Shown here piece after piece: positions 12,796 through 25,820 of a DNA stretch of 64,000 bases. Every line of letters begins with the position of its first letter. The first letter of the stretch is position 1. Made by a program: the position numbers and the translations under genes. The notes under the pieces are model-generated. The model ran no database searches. It saw only the letters and a list, made by a program, of their open reading frames with translations, and was not told the DNA's origin. This stretch comes from Opitutales bacterium (GTDB lineage Bacteria; Verrucomicrobiota; Verrucomicrobiia; Opitutales; UBA2987): assembly GCA_965226885.1 (NCBI GenBank), contig CBDDEL010000010.1:96001-160000 (forward strand), given 5' to 3'.

Positions 12796-14362
12796 CCCGG
12801 ATATTTCGTAAAAAAAGTATCGTTGATATGCTTAACTGCTGATATACAGCAGGATAGATCAATAATTAAAGCAATATCAGCGATGACAAAAGGTAAACAA
12901 TTAAAGCTACAGTTGACAAGGGTAAAAGGCCGCCGTGTGCGGGTTGATTTCAAGGGCGGAGAGGTTACTTCGGATGCCGGACTGCTTTTGATCCGGGAAG
13001 TGGATCGGCAGTTGGGCTTGACCGAACGAGCGGCCCGACAGTTAGTGGACAAACGGCAGAAGGGCAAAGTACGCCATGAGGTATTGGGGATGCTGCGGCA
13101 GCGCGTTTACGGGCTGGTGGCGGGCTATGAGGATTTGAACGACTTTGATACCCTGCGCCACGATCCATTGTTGCCAACGGTAACGGGGCGCATTGAAACG
13201 TTGGCCAGCGCGCCGACTTTGTGTCGTTTTGAAAACGGGCAGGATCGGCGGGCGGCCTTTGCGGTAAACGAGCTGTTGGTCGAACAGTTCATGGGCTCCT
13301 TTGCCGAGGAACCCGAAGAGATCATCCTGGACTTTGACGCCACCGACAATCCGGTGCACGGGCTCCAGGAGGGACGTTTTTTCCACGGTTATTATGATCA
13401 TTACTGTTTTCTGCCGCTATATGTTTTTTGCGGTGATCAGCTGCTGGTGGCCTACCTGCGGCCGAGCAAGATCGATGCCAGCAAGCATGCCGGGGCCATC
13501 CTCAAATTGCTGGTTAAACGGATTCGCCAAAGCTGGCCCCGTACGCGGATTATTTGGCGCGCCGACAGTGGATTTTGTCGAGACCGGATACTCTCTTGGT
13601 GCGACCGCAACGAAGTTAGTTACATCGTGGGGATGGCTCGCAATGCACGCTTGCAGCAAGACGCCCAGCAGTTGCAAAAGCAGGCCAAAGAATGGTTCGA
13701 ACTAAGGGGTAAAAAACAACGGTTATTCCAGGACTTCGTCTATGCTGCCGATTCGTGGCGATGGCTGCGGTTGGTCATCCATAAAGCCGAACACACCGCA
13801 CAGGGGTCCAACCCGCGCTTCGTGGTGACGAACCTGCCGGGCGATCCCCAGGAGCTTTACGACAAGGTATACTGTGGCCGCGGTGAAATGGAGAACCGAA
13901 TCAAGGAACAGATGCAATTGTTCAGCGAGCGCACCAGCGCCCATCAATGATGGGCCAATCAGTGGCGATTGCTCTTGTCGGCGCTGGCCTACACCTTGAT
14001 GGAAGCCATGCGCCGGTTAGCCTTAAAAGGGACGAAGTGGGCGCGGGCCCAATGCCACACCCTGCGGCTCAAATTAATCAAGATCGGAGCGGTCATCGTG
14101 CGCAACACCCGAACGATTCACTTTCACCTAAGTGAGAGTTATCCTTGGGCCAGTCTTTTCAACCATGCGGCCCGCCGATTGGTGCCAACCTAAAGGGTGC
14201 ATTGGTGCTGCCCCCGGCACTACCGAACCAATGGGGGAAAGGGGGCAGTGTCTCTACACCCTGAAAAACACCTAAAAATCAAGACGATCTGCTCAAAATA
14301 CAAAGAAATCCATCTCCAATAGCAATAACGAGCCAAACTTTACCCTTCATGAAATATCCGGG
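12796..14362 (+). mobile_element. IS1380-family element type A, copy 1 (transposase has a premature TGA at 13948-13950)
   Basis: TIR CCCGGATATTTC, TSD TTAG; TGG>TGA relative to other copies. Confidence 0.93.
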
Positions 14363-14714
14363 TTAGACCCATTGGCTGCCACCCCTCCAAGGCCAGCTCA
14401 ATGGCCTGCGATTCCACCTCCGAGTCGATCAGCAGCCGATCGATTCGATCAATGGTGGCGCGGAAGTTATCGTAATCGAGGCACCGGTCGACCACAGTTA
14501 AAGCTGGACGCAGGAGGCATTGGATGGCTATATTTTTCATAGAAAGGGCTATATTGATTTTCGCTAACTCAATTATAGAACCCTTTTTTGGCCGGATCGA
14601 GCAAAAACTTGCTCTTTCCGGCTCTTTTTATCAACGTCATCCAGTTGACTATAAAATCTTTATATTTTTGGGACAGCCTCTATATAAGATAGAATATTAA
14701 GATTAAAGAACAAT

Positions 14715-14751
14715 AAAAAGGGCGTCCCGATTGAATCGAGACGCCCTTTTT
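14715..14751. terminator. Rho-independent terminator after groEL
   Basis: aaaaagggcgtc..gattgaatc..gacgcccttttt hairpin with A/T tracts on both sides. Confidence 0.85.
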
Positions 14752-14790
14752 AACTGCGTTAAATGTTTTAGTTATGCGTTCGGGAACGGC

Positions 14791-16464
<1,674 letters not shown>

Positions 16465-16471
16465 TTAAGTG

Positions 16472-16765
16472 TTATTCTACGATTCCAAGAATGTCGTCCT
16501 CGCGCACCAGAGTATAGGTCACGTCGTCGAGCTTGACTTCCGTTCCTCCATACTTGCTGACGATTACGCGGTCGCCCACTTTGACGGAAAATTCGATCAC
16601 ATTGCCGTCATCATCCTTTTTTCCCGTGCCCAGGGCTACCACTTCGGCCTCCTGCGGTTTTTCCTTGGCGGTATCTGGAATGATAATTCCGCCCTTTACT
16701 TGTTCGTCTTCTTCAATCGCTTTGATGAGAACACGATCTCCGAGAGGTTTTATATTAACTTTCAT
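16472..16765 (-). CDS. groES: Co-chaperonin GroES
   Basis: [21 protein letters not shown]. Confidence 0.99.
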   Translation of the reverse strand: MKVNIKPLGDRVLIKAIEEDEQVKGGIIIPDTAKEKPQEAEVVALGTGKKDDDGNVIEFSVKVGDRVIVSKYGGTEVKLDDVTYTLVREDDILGIVE

Positions 16766-16873
16766 AATGAGTCGTTTATTTTATACTTTATTTTTAGGTT
16801 TTGAGATATTGATTAAGGTTGTTAGCTTTATGCTATTCGTTTGAAAAGTCTGTTGCCCGAATGAAATACTAAT

Positions 16874-18841
16874 TTACTTTTTATCGTCGTCGACCATTTC
16901 AAAATCGGCATCGACGACATCATCATCGTCCGGCTTCTTGGCTCCGGCCTCGGCTGAAGAATCCTGGCCGCCTTCCTCTCCTGGCTGATCGGCACTGGGT
17001 GCTGCGTCTCCCTGGGCTTGGGCCTGGGACTGGGCATACATTTCCTTTACGGCCGCTTCCATGTCGGGGTCGTTTTGCAGTTTATCCAAGGCCGCCTTTA
17101 TCTGATCCACATCATTGGATTCGAGAGCTTTCTTGGCCTCCGCAATCGTCGCTTCGATGGGGCCCTTTGTATCCTCGGAAATCTTATCGCCGCTTTCCTT
17201 GAGGAGTTTTTCGGTCTGGTAAATGGCGCTGTCCAGTTGATTGCGTGTTTCCACCGCTTCCTTGTTTTTGCGGTCTTCCTCTGCGTGGGTCTCCGCTTCC
17301 TGCTGCATGCGTTCGATCTCTTCCTGACTCAGGCCAGATGAGCCGCTGATGGTGATTTTCTGATCCCGGCCCGTGCCCAGATCTTTCGCCGTGACGTGCA
17401 ATATGCCATTGGCGTCGATATCGAAAGTGACTTCGATTTGCGGCACACCCCGGGACGATGGGGGAATCCCATCAAGCTTGAAATTACCCAGCATTTTATT
17501 GTCGCGGGCCATCGGGCGTTCGCCCTGCAAAACACGTATATCGACGCTCGGCTGGTTGTCCGAGGCGGTGGAAAAGGGTTGGGACTTTTTGGTCGGTATG
17601 GTGGTGTTGCGCTCGATCATGGGCGTCGAAATACCCCCTTCGGTCTCGATGTTGAGGGTCAATGGCGTAACATCGAGCAGCAGTACTGAATCCACTTCGC
17701 CACTCAAAACGGCTCCCTGGATGGCAGCGCCGATGGCCACCACTTCATCGGGGTTGACCCCCTTATGCGGTTCCCTTCCGGCCAATTCATGAGCCACTTC
17801 GAGAATCTTTGGGCTGCGCGTCATGCCGCCCACCAAAACGATGTTGCTGATATCGCCGACTTCGAGTTCGGCGTCCTTCAGGCACTCTTTGAACGGCCCT
17901 ATTGTGCGCGCATAAAGATCATCGCAAAGCTGCTCCAGCTTGGCCCGTGTAAAGGTCACATTCAAGTGCTTGGGCCCGGTGGCGTCAGCCGTTATAAAAG
18001 GCAGGTTAATTTCAGTCTGCTGGGCCGAAGAAAGAGCGATTTTTGCTTTCTCAGCTTCTTCTTTGAGTCTTTGCAAGGCCATCGGGTCCTGTTTAAGGTC
18101 GATACCGTTTTCCTTTCTAAAATCATCCACCAGCCAATCGATGATGGCGGTGTCCCAGTTGTCGCCTCCCAGATGCGTGTCGCCCTTGGTGGCATGCACT
18201 TCAAAAACACTCTCCGCGATCTCCAGAATCGATATGTCGTAAGTGCCGCCGCCCAGGTCGTAAACGGCGATCGTTTCATCGGCCTTCTTTTCCAGCCCGT
18301 AAGCCAGGGAAGCTGCCGTCGGCTCGTTGATGATGCGTTTCACATCGAACCCGGCGATGGCCCCGGCGTCCTTGGTCGCCTGCCGCTGGGCGTCATTAAA
18401 ATAAGCCGGCACGGTAATGACCGCTTCGATGATCTTTTCCCCCAGGTAGGCCTCGGCATCGGCCTTCATTTTGCTCAAGATCATGGAAGAAATCTGCTCT
18501 GGGGAGAATTTTTCAGTTTTGCCACCGGACTGGCATTCAATCCAGGCATCACCATTTTTCCCCTCCACTATCTTAAAAGGAATATTTCGGGACTCCTCTT
18601 GAACTTCGTTAAATTTGCGGCCAATGAGTCTTTTGGCGGAAAAAATCGTGTTTTGCGGGTTGGTCACGGCCTGCCTTTTGGCTGCCTGGCCGACCAGCCG
18701 TTCACCCGTTTTACTAAAAGCCACCACCGACGGCGTAGTCCGGGCGCCCTCTGAATTGGGCACCACGACCGGCTCTCCGCCCTCCATGATGGCCATACAG
18801 GAATTGGTGGTTCCCAAATCGATACCTAATACCTTGCTCAC
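16874..18841 (-). CDS. dnaK: Chaperone DnaK (GTG start)
   Basis: [29 protein letters not shown] tail. Confidence 0.99.
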   Translation of the reverse strand: MSKVLGIDLGTTNSCMAIMEGGEPVVVPNSEGARTTPSVVAFSKTGERLVGQAAKRQAVTNPQNTIFSAKRLIGRKFNEVQEESRNIPFKIVEGKNGDAWIECQSGGKTEKFSPEQISSMILSKMKADAEAYLGEKIIEAVITVPAYFNDAQRQATKDAGAIAGFDVKRIINEPTAASLAYGLEKKADETIAVYDLGGGTYDISILEIAESVFEVHATKGDTHLGGDNWDTAIIDWLVDDFRKENGIDLKQDPMALQRLKEEAEKAKIALSSAQQTEINLPFITADATGPKHLNVTFTRAKLEQLCDDLYARTIGPFKECLKDAELEVGDISNIVLVGGMTRSPKILEVAHELAGREPHKGVNPDEVVAIGAAIQGAVLSGEVDSVLLLDVTPLTLNIETEGGISTPMIERNTTIPTKKSQPFSTASDNQPSVDIRVLQGERPMARDNKMLGNFKLDGIPPSSRGVPQIEVTFDIDANGILHVTAKDLGTGRDQKITISGSSGLSQEEIERMQQEAETHAEEDRKNKEAVETRNQLDSAIYQTEKLLKESGDKISEDTKGPIEATIAEAKKALESNDVDQIKAALDKLQNDPDMEAAVKEMYAQSQAQAQGDAAPSADQPGEEGGQDSSAEAGAKKPDDDDVVDADFEMVDDDKK

Positions 18842-18853
18842 GCCAACCCATAT

Positions 18854-18870
18854 AGCACTATACGTGCCAA
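18854..18870 (-). promoter_or_regulatory. Candidate sigma-54 (-24/-12) promoter of dnaK-groES-groEL
   Basis: Minus strand TTGGCACGTATAGTGCT, matching TGGCACG-N4-tTGCW with exact GG-N10-GC spacing. Confidence 0.65.
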
Positions 18871-19048
18871 CGGTTATAATATACTCACAACTACTTGTTT
18901 ACTAAGCAGTTATAAAATATTATCGACTATGTCGGAAACTTCGCTTTCCATGCAACCATGCCAAATTGTCCCATATTCTTGTCACAGTAAAGCGCCGCGC
19001 GCCCACTCTGTCACACTTGCACAAATTTCAATACGACCTGCTCAATAC

Positions 19049-19339
19049 GTGAGAACCTCCCAAAAAAAATCAAAAAAAGTTGACTACCAAGCCCTCAATT
19101 CCGGCTTGATGAAAATACCCCGCATCCAGGTAGCGGTCGTGCGCGACCTGCTTGATATTGGCTTCGAGGAAGTGGAAGAACTCAAAGGCCGCGCTCCCGA
19201 AGCTCTTTTTGAAGATTTGCGAAAAAAGAATCCCGAGGCCCCCAAAGACCGCCTTTACGCCTTCCGCATGGCCGTTTACTACGCCGAAACACCCGACCCC
19301 GACCCCAAACGCCTCCACCCCTGGGCCTGGCAAGACTGA
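19049..19339 (+). CDS. Small helix-hairpin-helix protein (Cdd1/'pathogenicity locus'-like); start uncertain
   Basis: IP.I...V..DL..IG...L.GR.PE.L, LY.FR.AVYYA, W.W.D end. Confidence 0.65.
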   Translation: MRTSQKKSKKVDYQALNSGLMKIPRIQVAVVRDLLDIGFEEVEELKGRAPEALFEDLRKKNPEAPKDRLYAFRMAVYYAETPDPDPKRLHPWAWQD

Positions 19340-19542
19340 GGCGGGCAGTGGCAAATGCAATTGTCAGTCCGCAGTCAAAGTGCCCCCCATTGTTTCATAA
19401 TTATTGAGTAGAAACATTCTGAATGCGGCATAAACAACCATAATAACGCTCTCTCAATCCATTTTTACGATTTTCAGGTTATTTCATCCATTTCTTGAGT
19501 TTGTGAGCTTGTATTTCAGAATTAGATAGTTAGTTTCTCTAA

Positions 19543-19815
19543 ATGGCTTCTTCTCCCAAGTTGTCACGACTTCTGCATTGGTGGTTCGCCATCATTTCAG
19601 GTTTTCTACTGCTCGCTTCCTCAATGAGAACAGAGTCTGAGGAATTTTCAGAACTCAAGGCGAGAGCGGTATCAAATGGAAATGTCACCTTAGGCTTTGA
19701 AGCAAATCTTGGCCAGATCCATGACGGCATCGATTTCCTTGCCCGGGGAAATGGATTATTCTGTATTTTTGAAACCTTCAGAAGCAGTAATCAAATCGCG
19801 GAAATCTCGGTTTAA
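19543..19815 (+). pseudogene. Truncated N-terminus of a secreted SBBP/beta-propeller-type protein
   Basis: Signal-like N-terminus then FEAN.GQ....FLARG.G, followed by frame loss. Confidence 0.45.
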
Positions 19816-19867
19816 AAATCTGACATTAGATACAGTAAAACGCCGATAGCGGGAAAAGAATACGACC

Positions 19868-22353
19868 ATGCAGATAAAGATTCATATGTTCTTGCTTTTT
19901 GCATTCATGGCAGTCTTCGCCTCTATCGGGCACGTCGCCAACGCGCAGACGCCTATCCCGGATAGCGCTCTTGAGGTTGCTATTCGCAATTCTTTAGGGA
20001 AACCTACGGGCGATATTACCGCCGCCGACATGGAATCGCTGACCAACCTTTCGGCCTCCTTCAGTGGCATCTCCGACCTGACCGGCTTGGAGGCGGCCGT
20101 GAATCTGACCTCGCTAGACCTCCCCGGCACCCAGATCAGTGATATCGGCACCCTGAGCGGACTCACCAACCTGACATCTCTAAACCTCTCCGTCAATCAG
20201 ATCAACGATATTAGCGCCCTAACCCGGATATTTCATGAAGGGTAAAGTTTGGCTCGTTATTGCTATTGGAGATGGAGATGGATTTCTTTGTATTTTGAGC
20301 AGATCGTCTTGATTTTTAGGTGTTTTTCAGGGTGTAGAGACACTGCCCCCTTTCCCCCATTGGTTCGGTAGTGCCGGGGGCAGCACCAATGCACCCTTTA
20401 GGTTGGCACCAATCGGCGGGCCGCATGGTTGAAAAGACTGGCCCAAGGATAACTCTCACTTAGGTGAAAGTGAATCGTTCGGGTGTTGCGCACGATGACC
20501 GCTCCGATCTTGATTAATTTGAGCCGCAGGGTGTGCCATTGGGCCCGCGCCCACTTCGTCCCTTTTAAGGCTAACCGGCGCATGGCTTCCATCAAGGTGT
20601 AGGCCAGCGCCGACAAGAGCAATCGCCACTGATTGGCCCACCATTGATGGGCGCTGGTGCGCTCGCTGAACAATTGCATCTGTTCCTTGATTCGGTTCTC
20701 CATTTCACCGCGGCCACAGTATACCTTGTCGTAAAGCTCCTGGGGATCGCCCGGCAGGTTCGTCACCACGAAGCGCGGGTTGGACCCCTGTGCGGTGTGT
20801 TCGGCTTTATGGATGACCAACCGCAGCCATCGCCACGAATCGACAGCATAGACGAAGTCCTGGAATAACCGTTGTTTTTTACCCCTTAGTTCGAACCATT
20901 CTTTGGCCTGCTTTTGCAACTGCTGGGCGTCTTGCTGCAAGCGTGCATTGCGAGCCATCCCCACGATGTAACTAACTTCGTAGCGGTCGCACCAAGAGAG
21001 TATCCGGTCTCGACAAAATCCACTGTCGGCGCGCCAAATAATCCGCGTACGGGGCCAGCTTTGGCGCATCCGTTTAACCAGCAATTTGAGGATGGCCCCG
21101 GCATGCTTGCTGGCATCGATCTTGCTCGGCCGCAGGTAGGCCACCAGCAGCTGATCACCGCAAAAAACATATAGCGGCAGAAAACAGTAATGATCATAAT
21201 AACCGTGGAAAAAACGTCCCTCCTGGAGCCCGTGCACCGGATTGTCGGTGGCGTCAAAGTCCAGGATGATCTCTTCGGGTTCCTCGGCAAAGGAGCCCAT
21301 GAACTGTTCGACCAACAGCTCGTTTACCGCAAAGGCCGCCCGCCGATCCTGCCCGTTTTCAAAACGACACACAGTCGGCGCGCTGGCCAACGTTTCAATG
21401 CGCCCCGTTACCGTTTGCAACAATGGATCGTGGCGCAGGGTATCAAAGTCGTTCAAATCCTCATAGCCCGCCACCAGCCCGTAAACGCGCTGCCGCAGCA
21501 TCCCCAATACCTCATGGCGTACTTTGCCCTTCTGCCGTTTGTCCACTAACTGTCGGGCCGCTCGTTCGGTCAAGCCCAACTGCCGATCCACTTCCCGGAT
21601 CAAAAGCAGTCCGGCATCCGAAGTAACCTCTCCGCCCTTGAAATCAACCCGCACACGGCGGCCTTTTACCCTTGTCAACTGTAGCTTTAATTGTTTACCT
21701 TTTGTCATCGCTGATATTGCTTTAATTATTGATCTATCCTGCTGTATATCAGCAGTTAAGCATATCAACGATACTTTTTTTACGAAATATCCGGGCTAAG
21801 CGGGCTCACCAACCTGACATCTCTAAACCTCTCCGGCAACCAGCTCAACGATATTAGCGCCCTGAGCGGGCTCGCCAGCCTAACATTGCTATTCCTCAAT
21901 TTCAGCCAGATCAGCGATATCAGCGCCCTGAGCGGGCTCACCAGCCTGATAGAGCTATACCTCTGGAACAACCAGATCAGGGATATCACCGCCCTGAGCG
22001 GGCTCACCAGCCTGAAAACGTTACGCCTTGGCGACAATCAGATCAGCAATATTAGCGCCCTGAGCGGGCTCACCAGCCTGATAGAGCTAAACCTCGGCTA
22101 CAACCAGAGCAACGATATCAGCGCCCTGAGCGGGCTCACCAGCCTGATAGAGCTATACCTCACCAACAACCAGCTCAGTGATATTAGTGCATTATCTGAA
22201 TTAACTAATCTTGTTTACCTGGATATTAGAACCAACTATCTCGATCTGCGGGAAGATTCGCGGGCACGGCAAGTTGTTGATGGACTACAAGTCAATGGCA
22301 CGGTAGTTGTTTATGACAATCAGCAGATTAAATTATCCCTACAAGTTCATTAG
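19868..22353 (+). pseudogene. Secreted internalin-like leucine-rich repeat protein split by IS1380
   Basis: Signal peptide, IPD..L...IR cap, 22-aa repeats LSGLTSL..L.L..NQI.DISA; removing the IS and one CTAA restores a 302-aa frame. Confidence 0.9.
20223..21795 (-). mobile_element. IS1380 type A copy 2 (transposase 20398-21768)
   Basis: TIR CCCGGATATTTC, TSD CTAA; open ORF with DFDATD, RADSGF, RGEMENRIKE. Confidence 0.95.
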
Positions 22354-23920
22354 CCCGGATATTTCGTAAAAAAAGTATCGTTGATATGCTTAACTGCTGA
22401 TATACAGCAGGATAGATCAATAATTAAAGCAATATCAGCGATGACAAAAGGTAAACAATTAAAGCTACAGTTGACAAGGGTAAAAGGCCGCCGTGTGCGG
22501 GTTGATTTCAAGGGCGGAGAGGTTACTTCGGATGCCGGACTGCTTTTGATCCGGGAAGTGGATCGGCAGTTGGGCTTGACCGAACGAGCGGCCCGACAGT
22601 TAGTGGACAAACGGCAGAAGGGCAAAGTACGCCATGAGGTATTGGGGATGCTGCGGCAGCGCGTTTACGGGCTGGTGGCGGGCTATGAGGATTTGAACGA
22701 CTTTGATACCCTGCGCCACGATCCATTGTTGCAAACGGTAACGGGGCGCATTGAAACGTTGGCCAGCGCGCCGACTGTGTGTCGTTTTGAAAACGGGCAG
22801 GATCGGCGGGCGGCCTTTGCGGTAAACGAGCTGTTGGTCGAACAGTTCATGGGCTCCTTTGCCGAGGAACCCGAAGAGATCATCCTGGACTTTGACGCCA
22901 CCGACAATCCGGTGCACGGGCTCCAGGAGGGACGTTTTTTCCACGGTTATTATGATCATTACTGTTTTCTGCCGCTATATGTTTTTTGCGGTGATCAGCT
23001 GCTGGTGGCCTACCTGCGGCCGAGCAAGATCGATGCCAGCAAGCATGCCGGGGCCATCCTCAAATTGCTGGTTAAACGGATTCGCCAAAGCTGGCCCCGT
23101 ACGCGGATTATTTGGCGCGCCGACAGTGGATTTTGTCGAGACCGGATACTCTCTTGGTGCGACCGCAACGAAGTTAGTTACATCGTGGGGATGGCTCGCA
23201 ATGCACGCTTGCAGCAAGACGCCCAGCAGTTGCAAAAGCAGGCCAAAGAATGGTTCGAACTAAGGGGTAAAAAACAACGGTTATTCCAGGACTTCGTCTA
23301 TGCTGCCGATTCGTGGCGATGGCTGCGGTTGGTCATCCATAAAGCCGAACACACCGCACAGGGGTCCAACCCGCGCTTCGTGGTGACGAACCTGCCGGGC
23401 GATCCCCAGGAGCTTTACGACAAGGTATACTGTGGCCGCGGTGAAATGGAGAACCGAATCAAGGAACAGATGCAATTGTTCAGCGAGCGCACCAGCGCCC
23501 ATCAATGGTGGGCCAATCAGTGCCGATTGCTCTTGTCGGCGCTGGCCTACACCTTGATGGAAGCCATGCGCCGGTTAGCCTTAAAAGGGACGAAGTGGGC
23601 GCGGGCCCAATGCCACACCCTGCGGCTCAAATTAATCAAGATCGGAGCGGTCATCGTGCGCAACACCCGAACGATTCACTTTCACCTAAGTGAGAGTTAT
23701 CCTTGGGCCAGTCTTTTCAACCATGCGGCCCGCCGATTGGTGCCAACCTAAAGGGTGCATTGGTGCTGCCCCCGGCACTACCGAACCAATGGGGGAAAGG
23801 GGGCAGTGTCTCTACACCCTGAAAAACACCTAAAAATCAAGACGATCTGCTCAAAATACAAAGAAATCCATCTCCAATAGCAATAACGAGCCAAACTTTA
23901 CCCTTCATGAAATATCCGGG
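22354..23920 (+). mobile_element. IS1380 type A copy 3 (transposase 22381-23751)
   Basis: Same TIRs, TSD TTAG overlapping the LRR stop codon. Confidence 0.95.
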
Positions 23921-24028
23921 TTAGGATCATGCTGGATGCCGCTATTTCTGAAATATTCATGCTTTCGTAGCCTTTTACGGCGGACGCTTCTTCCGGGGTT
24001 GGTTGGGTTTATTGAGTTTTGAGGGCGG

Positions 24029-24673
24029 TCAGTGGTTGAGCAGGCTGGAGCCTAGGTCCACTGCGAAGATGAGGATGAGGGCGTATAGGAGGAGGGCGAG
24101 GAGCCCGGCCAGGCAGGCCCCAGCGGCGAAGAGGCCGTCGTCTTCGGTCAGGCCGATGCCGATGAGGAAGATGACTCCGGCCGGGGCGGTGTTGGTCAGC
24201 GGGATGGGCAAAATCATGAGCAGGGACATGAGGATGACCAAGACGCCCATAAGCGGCAGACCCCAGGGGCCCGCGATCCAGGACAGGCGGGGGCGAATGA
24301 GGTGTTCGAAACGGGAAAAAACTTTATGCCCGGCGTGAAACATTTTAACGGCGAGAGTGCGGTTGATATTTTTTCGCCCGGCCCAGGCCGGCAGCCAGAG
24401 GGTTTTCCGCCCGAAGAGCATTTGCAGACCGATGATGGTCAAGAGCAGCCCGAAGGGTGTGCTATAACCGGCGGCTGGAATGGGCAGGGCGCTGGGCAGT
24501 GAGAGGACGATGAGCAACAGCCCGTAACCCTTGTCCCCGATCTGGCGGATGATTTGACCGAGGGATAGGTCGCCTTTCTGCGAATAGGCGGCCATGCGTT
24601 GGAGAATGGCGGACAGGCTTTCCTGGTGCATAAGAATGGGGACTTTATTCGGTTTTGGGCCAGGGATTGGCAA
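24029..24673 (-). CDS. exoD: ExoD family exopolysaccharide biosynthesis membrane protein
   Basis: G.GLLL..LSLP.ALPIP, QM..GR...WLP, LPIPLTNT.P, EDDG. Confidence 0.85.
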   Translation of the reverse strand: MPIPGPKPNKVPILMHQESLSAILQRMAAYSQKGDLSLGQIIRQIGDKGYGLLLIVLSLPSALPIPAAGYSTPFGLLLTIIGLQMLFGRKTLWLPAWAGRKNINRTLAVKMFHAGHKVFSRFEHLIRPRLSWIAGPWGLPLMGVLVILMSLLMILPIPLTNTAPAGVIFLIGIGLTEDDGLFAAGACLAGLLALLLYALILIFAVDLGSSLLNH

Positions 24674-24807
24674 GCCTTAAACGGGCATTGTTACCCTACC
24701 GCATGACGGCCTAAAGAAACGAGGGACGATTTCATATTGTCTCGCCTGGGGGAAGAGGTTGTTGCTATTTTAACGAATATGAATGTTGAAAAGGCGTTGG
24801 CGCAGAC

Positions 24808-25386
24808 GTGAGAATCGGGTTTTTAGGTGGCACTTTTGACCCCGTGCATTGGGGGCATCTGATAAAGGCCCAGGATGCTTTGGAGGCATTGGGTCTGGAG
24901 CGTGTGTATTTTATTCCCGCGGCTGCCAATCCTTTAAAGGAGGAACCGCCGGTGGCCGCATCAAGTGAGCGCAGGGCCTTGCTGGAATTGGCCCTGGAAG
25001 GGGAAAAAAAATTCGAGCTGCTGGACCTGGAATTGGGCTCGACAGGGCCGAGCTATACCGTCGATACGGTTCGGCGGCTGATTAGCCGGTTTCCCGGCGA
25101 CCGGCTTTTCTGGATCATTGGATCGGATCAGTTGAAGGGATTGCAGCGCTGGCGGGCCATTGAGGAACTGGCCGGATTGATTGAATTTGCCTGTCTGAGG
25201 CGGCCCGGTCATCCCTTTGAATATCCTGGCATTGCGGGATTGCGCCTGCATCCAATCGAAGGGCATGTCTGTGAGATCAGTTCCACCGAAATCCGGGAGC
25301 GGTCGAAAAAAGGGCAATACTTCGGCTTGTTTTTACCGAAAAAAGTCCTAAGTTATATAAAAAGTAATAAAATTTATAGTTGTTAA
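24808..25386 (+). CDS. nadD: Nicotinate-nucleotide adenylyltransferase
   Basis: GGTFDPVHWGH, SYTVDT, IIGSD, ISSTEIR. Confidence 0.95.
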   Translation: MRIGFLGGTFDPVHWGHLIKAQDALEALGLERVYFIPAAANPLKEEPPVAASSERRALLELALEGEKKFELLDLELGSTGPSYTVDTVRRLISRFPGDRLFWIIGSDQLKGLQRWRAIEELAGLIEFACLRRPGHPFEYPGIAGLRLHPIEGHVCEISSTEIRERSKKGQYFGLFLPKKVLSYIKSNKIYSC

Positions 25387-25401
25387 GTTAAGAACCACCG
25401 A

Positions 25402-25779
25402 ATGCCCGACGAGGAAATAAACGAAGAAATACTGGAGCAAGTCAGAACCTGCTGCCGGGCATTGGACGATAAAAAAGCGGACGACCTGGTGGTTCTCGAT
25501 CTACGAGAACGCTCCTCCATCACCGACTATTTCATTATAGCCTCGGGCAAGTCTTCACCCCACCTGAGGGCCTTGCAAAACAACCTGCGGGAAATCCTCA
25601 AGAAACGGAATATCGAGGTTTTGGGGACCGATTCAAACACGGACAGCGGGTGGGTCGTGGTCGATGCTTTCGATTTCATGGTCCACCTCTTCAACCCGGA
25701 AATGAGGGAGTATTACAGCCTGGAAAACCTGTGGAAGGATTCTCCCCGGGTTGCTGTCGAGGAGATCGTGGGCGTTTAA
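25402..25779 (+). CDS. rsfS: Ribosome silencing factor
   Basis: DDKKA.D, DYFIIASG, W.VVD, VHLF..E.R.YY.LE.LW; follows nadD. Confidence 0.95.
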   Translation: MPDEEINEEILEQVRTCCRALDDKKADDLVVLDLRERSSITDYFIIASGKSSPHLRALQNNLREILKKRNIEVLGTDSNTDSGWVVVDAFDFMVHLFNPEMREYYSLENLWKDSPRVAVEEIVGV

Positions 25780-25820
25780 GGGAGATTCGACCCGGCTTTT
25801 TATTAAAAATCGGGGTTGAA

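Larger units (their letters stand above)
10159..14680 (-). mobile_element. IS5-like element (IS-A) copy 1, containing nested IS630 and IS1380
   Basis: TIR GAGGCTGTCCCAAAA/TTTTGGGACAGCCTC in a TATATA context; transposase pieces 14540-14363, 12795-12424 and 11292-10354 match the intact copy at 31856-33337. Confidence 0.92.

Noticed and set aside
14686..14710. Sixth copy of the 16-bp palindrome
   Set aside because: Only partial AT-rich similarity, not palindromic
20080..22210. 66-bp repeats as a CRISPR array or DGR template/variable pair
   Set aside because: They are in-frame LRR codons without unique spacers; no cas or reverse transcriptase gene in the window
20223..23920. Composite transposon inserted as one unit
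   Set aside because: Each IS1380 has its own TSD and the middle segment continues the LRR gene, so these are two independent insertions
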